DNA of 64,000 bases from Azolla caroliniana (lineage: Eukaryota; Plantae; Polypodiophyta), in assembly GCA_043228905.1 (NCBI GenBank), contig JBHGNT010000007.1, positions 18,042,001 through 18,106,000 on the forward strand, in the 5' to 3' direction. The notes under the pieces were generated by a model. The model was given only the letters and a program-made list of their open reading frames with translations, did no database searches and was not told the origin of the DNA. Below are positions 48,603 through 60,600 of this stretch, piece after piece. Position 1 is the stretch's first letter. Every line of letters starts with the position of its first letter. Position numbers and translations under genes: made by a program.

Positions 48603-51090
48603 GAGCCACAATGGATTGAACTTGATTGCCTTCTTCATCCTTAATCATTTCAGTGGTTTTAGCAATCCAAAAGGGATGGCCCAACTTATCACCCCCAGCT
48701 AATGTTGCAACCAACATACCAACTTGTAGTTCATGTAGATTGCCTTGCCATCTTGCCTCTGCAGGATGCGAGATTCTTGGTCCCATGTAAATATCTCTTT
48801 GTCGTGGACAAACTAGATTATTCAATTCAGGATTATCCAGTGGTTGTAAACAAGTCGTGCTCACCATTGATGGGCCACCAATATTCCATTTGAATTGATT
48901 TTGGAGTGGCCAGTAACCAGCAAAGTGGTTATCTAATATTGTATGTTGATGATTAAAGAAGTTACCCCACCATTCAACATCCTAATCACCAACGTACTTT
49001 TTGGTACACTCAATACTTTTGCGTTTTTCTTCAAGGCACTGCATCCCATATATATTTTGCTCTTTAATCGAACTACTTGTTGCCAATCTTTTATGGTCAT
49101 CATACGACATTTGTTCTACACCATGGATGACCGCATCTAGAAAATGTAGTAAGAGCCTACATCCCTCTTGTGGCTCCCATTGTGAACTAGATGAGTATAG
49201 TTTGGCATACAACATCATTTGGTTGTGGCCAATAGAACTTTTTCTTATGAGGAAGACGTAGTTAAAACTAATATTATTAAGCAAAGCAAGAACCCTACAG
49301 CAAGTCCCATCACCATCCACGCAAAAGCGCTTAAAGTCATAAACTTCACCCAAATGTTGTACATTTGGCTTTGGGGTATAAGCTTCAGTGATCAACTTTG
49401 ATAGTGTAGGAAGCGTGAAAGCATCACATCTTGCTAATTTCCTTGAGAACCGGTTAAACATTTGATCTATATGATCATGCATATGACCAACTAGTAAGAA
49501 GTTTACCTTCATCTTTTTAAATATGCCCCTTTCTACTAGCATGCTTAAATAAATGAACACAATCGAGTTGTTGTTTTCTCTAATCGCGTTGTCTAGTTGC
49601 AAGTATAATACTGGCAGGAGAATACATTGCCAAGACTGTAAAACTCTTTCCATTACTGCGACTGTAAGATTAGGGTCATTGTGGACATTAGGGCCTTATT
49701 GACTGACAATAAGACAAACAACCTAGTAAGTGCATTCTAACAAGGCATTCATCTCCAATATCCTTTAGCAACCTTCAAAAGTGTGGCAAACAAGTCTTCT
49801 TCTTATCCATGCCATCTATAATCAAGCACATGTACCTTTCTGGTGATTGAAGCGCTTTTTGTCGATGGTGCATAGCTTTAGATCTTTCCACGCTTGACTT
49901 TCTCAATGTTCTTTTAATAAATTCTTATAACTCCTTATTTCATCATCTTTTCTTCCACTTATGCTTTTTAAATTAGCACACATAGAACAAACACCCATTC
50001 GAACCTTCTGCGGTATGACCACATTGTTAAACATCAATCTCCATAATCAATTAAAATGCCGATATTGTATGTAACGTGGCATCCTTATATGCTTGGTACA
50101 CCTCACAACGAGTGAAGTTATCTAACAAATGTAATCTTCCACTAGTAGGCATAATATCACATTGCTTCGAGAAATATATCTCCATCGACCTAACGACATG
50201 TTGCCAATCAGACCCTTATATCCAGAGCTTTATTGTTGAAAGGTGCCCACGAGCCCTTTACTAATCGATGTTGAATTCTCTGGAGGCTCATGTTACCAAT
50301 GTTATAAGCAATCTTGAAAGCAACTCGACAACTCTTCATACTAAGTGAAAGGTAATATTCCACATGCATTGAAGTTGGCTCTGCAATATAGTCCTTAACA
50401 AGTTGCATAATATGTGAAATCATAAAAGTATCTTGTTCATCACCATTAAGTGACAAATACTTTTGTTGCAACCCTCTCAAGTTTGCCTTTCCAAAATTTG
50501 AAAGATAGAGATTACCACAACATGGTTTGCTTGTATCTGAACACAAAAAATTATATCTTTTAACACTCACTTGTCAAGGAACTCTTCGAAAATTCAAAGC
50601 ATGATTGACGCAATCATCATCAACATAAGATAAATCAACCTCTTCATTATTTGTTACTACTTGATTTTTTTGAAGACTATTTTTTTGAAAAAAGTGAATT
50701 TGAATTTTGCCCAACATCGTCGTTGGACTGTACATGACACCGTTTAATATTTACATGGTTATATTCCTCATTTGAGAATAATGACTTATCAGATAATGTA
50801 AACAACTCAATAGAAAATAGAGAATTTTTACTCGATGTTGAGGACATCTTGACTAAGGCTAACTAAGATCAAATAAGTGAAAAATAGTTCAAATATTTCT
50901 TCTATAATAAGCCACATTTAAAAATAATTTTATTAAATTAAAAAATAAATAATAAAATTATTACTATATAAAGGAAAGTCATCTTCTCATTGTCATTATT
51001 GCGTTCAAGATTTTGAAGCTCAAGATCACAGAAGGTATCTAGCACTCTTAGTTTTCGTCTCTACGATCACCTCGACTCAACACCAACACC

Positions 51091-53945
51091 ATGAACAAGG
51101 GAAAGAAAATTTCCAGGTATATTATTCTAATTGATTTTTAAGATTCTATAAAGATTCCAAAAATATGCTTTTTCTTTCTAAACCAAGTTTTGCAACAAGA
51201 ACTTGATGCAGTGCATCGAGTTCCTGTTGAAAGCTCTGTGTTTTCAACCGGAACTCGATGTAGTGTGCTTTCAATGGGAACTCGATGCAGTGCATCGAGT
51301 TCCCGTTGAAAGAGCACAAATTTGTGATTAATGTGTGGTTGAAAATAATTTTCTTGCTAGTTTTATGGGTATTTGTTGAGTGCTTCAAATACTAATTTAT
51401 AGTAAAATTAAGGGCTTTTATATTGATTTTAACTAAGTTTTTCCTGGATTTAGGGATTAATATCCATTTTCAATAAGCTTTTCATATGATTATGTTATTG
51501 GCTATTGTATGCAGTGAACCTCATCAAAAGGATCCATCATTTAAATTGAAGATTCCCTCCCCGACCGAAAAGCCCCATGACAGCGTCGCAAAAGAGTCTT
51601 CTAGAAGAACCTTAATTGAGTCGGGAGGTGATGGAACATCGAAGTCTTCGGTAGGCAACACTGTGAAGACATTAGCTGACAAGCCCATTGAGCCTCACCT
51701 CAAGAGTTACTTCCATGTAGAATGGACATTGATTTATACTAAGGAAGAGGGTGACTTGCTCCTCATATTTGCAAAGTCTGAAGGTGAGGGTAAGCTGCAA
51801 GTGGGCAAGACCTTCACATACGGGCAAATAAAGGATGTTGAATATGAAGATAGTGATGCTCCAAACCTCTTGTTCGATGTTCAGAGCTGAGGGGGGATGC
51901 GTAGGGTCCGACTTGATGAAGGCTATTTTGTGATGGGCTCTTGCAAACCCAATGCCCTGAAAACAGATGTTCAAACAAAAAACAATGTAATTGTCACTTT
52001 GTGCCCTTACATTAAAGGAGAACTTATGGTCGCGCAAGTAGAGACCCCATTGAAGTCCACCTGAAAAGCAACAGTAGCAACCTAAGGACGATGAAACCGA
52101 AGTTTTAGAGTTCTTCGAAGATGAGGAGGAAGACACACAATTAGAAGTAATTCCTCCAAGTGGGCAGATTGCCTCAGGAATTCTCACCTTAGAACAAAAT
52201 CGGATTCGTGAAGACTTGTTTCATTTATCGATTTGTTCAATTCAAAGGCCACAAATCAATCCAGGAACAGGAAGACGGGCTCTAGAGATAAGAGAACCGC
52301 ATTCAGTGCATGCGCAGAATTTGAAAAGTAAAATGAAGATCAATCCCCATGCTCCTGTTGTGCCATTCTTAGTAATGGTAGACCCAGATCAATTCCCAAC
52401 TGTAGCGGACTTCAAGTACAGTTTAGCATATGATTATACATACTACGTTATTGGAGGATCCCACTCTACTGAAGCCCGATGTCAACTTGTTAAGGAGTAT
52501 CCTCTTACACCCTTCTTTAAATATGTAGAATGTAAAGTGTATGTTGATCTTACACATGAAGACGCCAAGTTGCTAGCCTGAAACCACAATAATGATGACT
52601 ATAGACAAAAGATGTCATGTATAGAGCGTATCAGGTTCTTTCATCACAAGTACCTTGATGCTTTGCAAAAATATCGTCCTAGGCTACATCCTGGATTGCA
52701 ACGACAATATCTGCTAATAGTGGGGATAACTGTTGACGAAAGCACAAAGTCTGAACGCCTGAGAAAGTACGACTCATGGTTTTAGCTTGCTTTCAGAATA
52801 GGGGAGGTGTGGAACCTCCAAGATCGAATATTCAGTATGTGGGAGCTAAAAGAGGAAGTTGGACCCTCAAGTGGAGATGAAGTCTAAGTCACGTAAAACT
52901 GACTTGGTGATAGATTAATTAGTCGAGGACATGAAGTTGCTTCCTTAATATCTATATTATCAAGAGTAGCCGCCAAGAAATTTAGCTTGGATGAAATGGT
53001 CAAAGAGTTTCAAAAGTGAGTAGTCTATGTGATCATTGCTTTTTATTGGATTGCTTTATTAATTTTCTCTTCATTCTAACCTTTATGTGTAATGTTTTTT
53101 AGCCATAAGGTTTACATGAAGATACAAGAGCCGATGATGAAAACGTTGTCCCTACCTATGTGGGAAGAAGTGAAGCAGTCATGCCCTAAGACATCATCTT
53201 ACAAGGCTCTTGAATAAATTTTCATTGTATTTAGAGAATGGGTATGTGTGATTATATCTTATATAGTTGATTTTAGGATAATGGGCATTTTCTTATAAAG
53301 CTTATAATTGCATAAACCACCTTGCTCGAAAAAATTGGGTGATAGTAATGAAGGCATTCCAAGTGCATTCATCACTCATTTGGAACGAGTGAAGTATGGA
53401 AAGGTAATGACGAAAGGAAAGGAGCTAGAGGTGCCCGAAGACTCAATTTCTAAGAAGAAGCCTCGGGCACATGTGAATGAGCGAAACGTCGTAAATTATA
53501 TCATGTGCCCTGTTGTGGAGAAGAAGTTACGTGATGTTTTTGGCGACAAGTGTCTAGTTAACCCGTACCAAAAGCCCCAACGTTTAATAAATCGATTGAT
53601 CGATTTGTTCTTCAACCCTGCTGATTGGGTGCTCGACTTATTCTCTGGAACAAGTATTCTTATAAGTATGATCAATTTATCTTAAAATAAAATTGAATTT
53701 CTCTACTTTGTTTTCTTACTTACGCATTTATGATTATTTATTCAGGAACAACGATTGCATGTGCTCAGAAACTGTTTAGGAACTGTGTCGCCTTGGAGAA
53801 GACCCCTCACAAGTTAATTTTATTAAAATGAGGATCCAAGGTATTTGGGATTGTCCCGACCAAGATCAAGAGGTTGGGGCAAAGCATATCAATGAAACTG
53901 AGATGTTTCAGTTAAACCTCCAGAGAATTGATGGAACCTATAGAC
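51091..53945 (+). pseudogene. Intron-containing ParB/Srx-like domain plus DNA amino-methyltransferase (N4C/N6A, beta-type C-terminal half)
   Basis: Exon 51091-51116 joins in phase to 51515. ParB-like YYVIGGSHSTEAR..AKLLA*NHN. MTase NPYQKPQRLINRLIDLFFNPADWVLDLFSGT, intron 53654-53745, then (R)TTIACAQKLFRNCVALE. Several stops; catalytic (D/S/N)PP(Y/F) motif not found. Confidence 0.75.
51190..51315. repeat. Cluster of palindromes in intron 1
   Basis: TTCAATGGGAACTCGATGCA-G-TGCATCGAGTTCCCGTTGAA at ~51270-51310, a second copy at ~51193-51231, and a half copy between them. Confidence 0.85.
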
Positions 53946-53974
53946 GAAAATGGAGGGGACCTTGTCGACCTCAA

Positions 53975-54581
53975 AGTTAAAACGAAACATTTGCGATCTA
54001 AAATAATACAAGAATATAAAATTAAATGAATGATTAAGTCTATAAGAGATGCTACATGGGAGAAAACACCATTAAAACTAACTTTCCTAACTTTTCATTG
54101 CAAGAGTGCAATGTTTTAAAGAAGAAGAGTATGTTAAGGGCATGACCATAAATTATCCCGTGGTAAGATTCTACCATAGTATTCTATACACGTGGATAAA
54201 ATGTGAGGGTTAAACAAGAGTGTAAGAAAAGGAGGATTACTTTTAATCCTAGGAATTGAGACAACCCATTAAGGCCAAGTGTGAACTTGCCTAGGGGCCT
54301 TAGGTCTGGCTATAAATATGAGGCCTACCAACCCTCATTTGAGACATTATCGACTACGTTGAGACTTTGATCTTTTGGTGATCAACTCTTGTAATGAGTG
54401 CACCAGTACTATGTACGACTCGATGCCATGTTGGTGGTATGGGACGTTGATTAAGGCTCGAGCCCATCTCGATCCCTTCACTTGGGGGTGATTGGGTGGA
54501 CCGGCACCCTTCTCTCTCTCCTCTATTTTCCTATCTTATATTTCCTATCTTATAGATGATCATTAGGATAAAGCTCTAACA
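53975..54581 (+). mobile_element. Chromovirus 3' remnant: chromodomain, PPT, LTR 54132-54581
   Basis: KHLRSKIIQEYKIK*..DATWE; TTGCAAGAGTGCAAT shared with ~22118; TGTTAAG...CTAACA. Confidence 0.8.
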
Positions 54582-54670
54582 AAGATCATGGGTGGATTGG
54601 CCTACCTCATGATCATCTATCTAAATCTAAGCTATAAGTTGGGACTTGTGAGTTAGTTCATGTAGATACA

Positions 54671-57600
54671 TGTGCCGAAATAACGCTTGACCAACCCGAG
54701 GACTCTTAAAACAACGAATGGACGAGAACAAACTCAAGCAGAGATGACATAGGATGTTTACGTGGAAAACCATATTTATAGGGAAAATCAACGGGAGCCC
54801 ACGAACTCCGAAATATCACTATATGAGAGAAAATACAAAGTGGAAACATAGAGGCAACGACCTCGTGCTCACGATCTTCACCAGACAACGGTTACAACAA
54901 AAAGTGCTCATAGCTACTCTCTCTCGCTCTCTCTCTTTGTACAACAATAACAACAACATACAATAAAGTGATTGCCCTAAGTCATATTTATACTTACATG
55001 ACTTTAGGGATATTTACAAATATAGCCTCAGTGGGCTTACTCTAACATATATACAAATATGTCCTTGGATCTAGATCAATCAGATTCACCGATTCAGTTT
55101 CCGGGTCTCATCCGGAACCCTTTCGGATCCGGTTCCTTCATCCGGCTCATCCGATACGGCTCATCCAATCCGGCTCATCCAATCCGGCTCCTCCGGTTGT
55201 CATCCGAATCCCATCCGGAGGGACCGATTCCTAACAAACTCCCCCTTCACTCCGACATGGGATTTCTCGTTAATCCGCTCTGTTTCCGGCACGTGTCGAG
55301 TTTGTTAGCTGACAAAACCTTGGTCAACATATCCGATCCGTTCTCCTTCGTGTGGATCTTCATCATCACGAAGTCTTGATCTTCTACTCTCTCCTGGATC
55401 AAGTGATATCTCCTTTGGATGTGCTTGGTCCGGGAATGGTAGGCCGCATTCTTCGCAAGGTGGATGGCACTTTGAGTATCGTAGTAGAGCCGGAATTCCT
55501 CTTGCTAGATCCCTAGCTCTCCAATGAAGTCCTTCATCCAGATTATCTCCTTGCCGGCTTCCACAGTTGCCATGTACTCCGTTTCCGTTGTCGACAGTGC
55601 AACGGACTTCTGCAGCCTCGACTACCATGATACAGCTCCCCATGCATAAGTCATGACATATCCGGATGTAGACCGGCTGGTATCCGGATCAGCCAACATA
55701 TCCGAATCCGTCAACACGTCAAGTTGGGGTTTACTGGAGCTAAACGAATGGCAAATACTCGAGGTTCCTTTCAGATACCGGAGTATCCACTTGACCGCGT
55801 TCCAGTGCTCTCTTCCTGGATTGCTCATGAACCAGCTAACTACTCTTACAGCATATGCAATATCCGGCCGGGTGCACACCATTGCATACATTAAGCTTCC
55901 GACGACAGAGGCATATGGTATCTTCATCATATCCGACTTCTCTGCCTTTGTCTTAGGGCTCTGCTTTCCGGAAAACTTGCAATTTTCCGGAAGTGTCGAT
56001 CTGACCGGTTTTGCCTCCGACATGTTGAACCACTGAAGCACCTTTGTCACGTACTTTTCTTGTGACAACCACAATAGCTTCTTCTTCCGGTCTCGGATGA
56101 TGTGCATCCCTAAGATTTGTCTTCCAGGACCCAAATTTTTCATTGAGAAGGTCCAGTTTAGGGCCTTCTTCAGCATTCGTATCTTGACTTGGTCTTGTTT
56201 GACAATCAACATGTCGTCCACGTACATGAGCAATATCTGGAAATCTCCTCTATCAAATTTCTTCATAAACACACAATGATCGTCTTGCATCTTGTGGTAC
56301 CCTTGATCCGTCATGAAGGAGTCGAACTTCTTGTACCATTGCCGGGGGGCTTGCTTCAATCCGTATAAGCTCTTCTTCAGCCGGCACACTAGGTGCTCCT
56401 TCCCTTTCTTCTCAAATCCTTCTGGTTGATGCATGTAGAGCTCTTCTTCGAGATCGCCATGTAGGAATGTCGTCATGACCTCTAGTTGCTCTACCTCGAG
56501 GTCCATGCTTGCCACTATGCTCAATACCGTCTGGATGGATGTCATCTTTACAACCGGGGCAAAGATCTCATCGAAATCCACTCCATTCTTCTTCTAGAAG
56601 CCCTTCACCACGATCTGGGCCTTATACCTTGGTGGATTTCCAGCATCTCCCGGTTTCAGCCTGTACCCACTTGTTCTGGAGTGCCCTCTTTTCTTTCAAC
56701 AACTCCGTCAGTTCGTATGTGTGGTTCTCATGCAGGGAATCCATCTCGTCCTACATGGCACTCAACCACTTGCGGTTGTGGGTGTCTTGCTTTGCTTTCT
56801 TAAAGCTTTCCGGCTCCCCCTCATCGGTCAGCAATGACGGGAACCCAACGCCCCTTATGCACAAAGCTCGGCCGCAACCGAGATTCTTTTCATACACAGA
56901 AACCAGGAAACGAAAACACGACTCAAAGGAGAGGAAGATACACAGGAGGTTTACGTGGAAAACCCCAAACTAGGGGAAAAAACCACGGCAGCCCACAGGC
57001 TGCAAACTGTCACTATGTAGGAATATACAACAGTGAGTTCATTGAGGCACCGACCTCGTGCTCACAAATCTTCGCCACAGGCGGCGGTTACAACAGAGGC
57101 AACGACCTTGTCTCTCTCTCTCTCTCTGTACAGTTACGCACTCTCTCTTCTTCTTGCACCAACAAGGAAGAATGACAACTACTATAACTAAAAGTTTGCC
57201 CTAAGTCATATTTATACTAATATGACTTTTCGGCTATTTACAAATGTAGCCTCGATAGGCTCTCAGAAACATATTTACGAATATGTCTCCTCATCCGGTT
57301 CATACCGGACCTGCACCATCCGGCTCTCCGTAGCCGAGTACTCCTCATCCGGTTCATACCGGGCCTGCACCATCCGGCTCTCCGTAGCCGGGTACTCCTC
57401 ATCCGGTTCATACCGGGCCTGCACCATCCGGCTCTCCGTAGCCGGGTACTCCTCATCCGGTTTCGGCCTCGGCCTATCGGCCTAGGCCGAGTTCGATCAT
57501 CGTCACTGTTCTTCTCCCTTCCCATCCGGAGGGACCTGTTTCCCAACAAACTCCCCCTTCACTCCGGCATGGGGTGTCTTACCAGCCCGATCCTCTTCCG

Positions 57601-60600
57601 GCATGCGTCCAGCTTGTCGGGTGTCAGCACTTTGGTCAGCATATCTGACCCGTTCTCGGCCGTGTGGATCTTCGTTAGTGCGAACTCCTGGTCATCTACT
57701 CTTTCCCAGATCCAGTGATACCTCCGATGGATATGCTTCGTCCGGGAATGGTAGGCCGCATTCTTAGCAAGGTGGATGGCACTTTGACTGTCGCAGTAGA
57801 GTCGGTATTCCTCTTGCCGGATACCGAGCTCTCCGATGAAGTCCTTCATCCATAATATTTCCTTGTCGGCTTCCACAGCCGCCATGTACTCCGCCTCTGT
57901 GGTTGACAATGCAACCGTCTTCTGCAGCCTCGACTGCCACGAAACACCTCCCCCTGCATATGTCATCACATACCCGGATGTAGACCGGCTGGTATACACA
58001 TCAGTCGACATGTCCGAATCGGTGAAACCGTCCAGTTGAGGTTTTCTGGAGCCGAATCGGAGACACATATTTGAAGTGCCCTTCAAATACCGGAGTATCC
58101 ATTTGACCGCGTTCTAGTGCTCCTTGCCGGGATTACTCATAAACCGGCTCACCACCCCTACTGCGTACCCTATATCCGGTCGGGTACACACCATTGCGTA
58201 CATCAAGCTCCCGACGGTAGAGGCATATGGAATCTTCATCATTTCCGCCTTCTTTGCTTTCGTCTTCGGGCTTTGCTTCCCGGATAGCTTGCAGTTTGCC
58301 GGAAGTGTCGATCCGATCGGTTTTGCTTCTGACATGTTGAACCGGTGAAGCACCATTGTCACATACTTCTCTTGTGACAGCCATAATTGCTTCGCTGACC
58401 GGTTCCGGATGATGTGCATCCCCAACATCTGTCCTGCCGAACCCAAGTCTTTCATTGAGAAGGTCCGGTTGAGAGCCTTCTTCAGCATCCGTATTTTGAC
58501 TTGGTCACGTCCGACGATCAACATGTCATCCACGTACAGAAGGAGTATCAGGAAGTCTCCTCCTTCGAACTTCTTCACAAACACACAGTGATCGGCCTGC
58601 GTCTTGTGGTACCCTTGATCGGTCATGAAGAAGTCGAACTTCCGGTACCATTGTCGGGGAGCCTGCTTCAAGTCCGTACAGGCTCTTCTTCAATCGGCAT
58701 ACCAGGTGCTCCTTCCCTTTCTTTCACAAATCCTTCCGGTTGCTGCATGTAGATCTCCTCTTCGACGTCGCCGTGAAGGAATGTCGTCTTCACGTCCAAC
58801 TGCTCTACCTCGAGGTCCATGCTTGCTGCTATACTCAGCACCGTCCGGATGGAGGTCATCTTTACTACCGGGGCAAATATCTCGTCGAAGTCCACGCCCT
58901 TCTTCTGCTGGAACCCCTTCACCACGATCCTGGCTTTGTATCTCGGGGGGTTGCTGGCATCTCCCTGTTTCAACTTGTACACCCACTAGTTTCGGAGTGC
59001 CCGCTTTCCTTTCGGCAACTCCACCAATTCGTATGTATGGCTCTCATGCAGGGAATCCATCTCGTCCTGCATGGCACTTAACCATTTTCGGCTGTGGGTA
59101 TCTTCCTTCACTTCTTCGAAGCTTTCCGGTTCCCCCTCATCGGTCAGCAGAACATGCTCTGCATCCGAAAATGTCCGGGGGGCCCTTCTCTCTCTGAGAG
59201 GATATCTCCGTCTTCGGGCTTGGGTATCCGGTTCCTCCATTTGCACTTCATCCGAATCCGATTCAGGGTCTTTGCCGGCTCCGGTTTCAGCTTCCTCTAC
59301 TTCTTCTTCTGCCGGTTTGGTATCCTCACCGTAACCGTCTGGTTCCTCAAGTGCTAACCGGTCTCTTGCCGGTGGGTCTGCTCATCGTAGAGTCTATCCT
59401 TACCGGTCGACTTAGAGTTCATTATCTTCTTCTCCGACTCCCAATCGGTGAGCGTCTTGTCCTCCATGAAGATAATATCTCGACTCTGGAATACCTTCTT
59501 GTCGACTGGGTCCCACACTCGGTAGCCGAACTCATCGTCACCGTAACCGAGGAATATGCATAGCCGGGTCTATGGATCTAACTTTCCTCTCCGGTCCTTC
59601 GCTACATGCACGTATGCGAGACACCCGAACACCTTCAGATGCCGGTAGGATACTTCCTTACCGGTCCACACTCTCTGTGGCGTGTCTCCGTCCAAGGGTA
59701 CTGAGGGTGATCTATTTATCACGTATGTCGCAGTCGACACTGGCTCAGCCCAAAACTTCTTGGGTAGTTTTGCATGTGCTAGCATACTCCGGACCCTCTC
59801 CATTATGGTCCGGTTCATCCTCTCGGCCAGTCCGTTTAGTTCCGGCGTCTTCGGCACGGTAAATTCGAGTCGGATTCCCTTCGAGCGGTAGTACTGCTCA
59901 AACTGTCCCCGGTACTCTCCTCCGTTATCTGCTCGAACCGCCTTCAGCTTCCGGTCGGTTTCTCTTTCCACTCTCACGTGGAGCTCTTTGAAGACGGATA
60001 ACACCTGATCTTTCGTCTTCAACGGTGTAGCCCACAGCTTCTGGCTATGGTCATCTATGAACGTCACGAAGTACTGCACTCCGGCATGTGACTTCGTGTC
60101 TACCTGACACACATCCGTATGCACCAACTTCAGTGGTGCATTACGTCTCATCGGTGGCCTTGGTCGGAAGGAGGTCCGGTTTTGCTTACCGGCCAGACAA
60201 TCAGTGCACTTCTGTAGGTGCACGTTCTTCACTGGAATGAGGTTGTCGTCTGCAAGCCTCTTCATCCCCTTCTCGCTCATATGACACAACCTCTTGTGCC
60301 ACAGCTCTCCGGCAGTGTCGGATGCCACGTTCACTTCTTCCGGACATAACCGGGCATTCATCAGGTACAGTGTGTTTACCTTCCGAGCCCGAGCCACAAT
60401 CAGGCTCCCTTTGCTGAATTTCATGACACCGTTCCGGATGCTACCCGTGTAGCCTTCATCATCTAGCCGACCGGCTGATATCATGTTCAGACGAACTTCC
60501 AGAACGTGTCGGACAGCCTTTAGCAGCAACTTGCATCCGGTTGGAGTCGACAGCCACACGTCTCCTATACCGACAATTCGGCATGTACCTTCATTCCCCA

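Larger units (their letters stand above)
42490..50730 (-). pseudogene. Sola-like DDD DNA transposase pseudogene with C-terminal Tudor/BAH-like barrel; 3' tail interrupted by a Copia
   Basis: N-terminal Cys cluster (KPCCGN; SCRVAFKIAY; VCSMCA). Putative catalytic triad CLIIDGMD (49802-49830), YLQLDN..RENNN and FLLVGHMHDHIDQMF. Then LQVGMLVA..PFWIAK..VAHWY; the tail continues left of the TTGCG TSD. Confidence 0.75.

Noticed and set aside
53308-53330. KPPC as the methyltransferase catalytic motif IV
   Set aside because: Does not fit (D/N/S)PP(Y/F/W) and lacks the preceding hydrophobic strand; the catalytic half is treated as missing.
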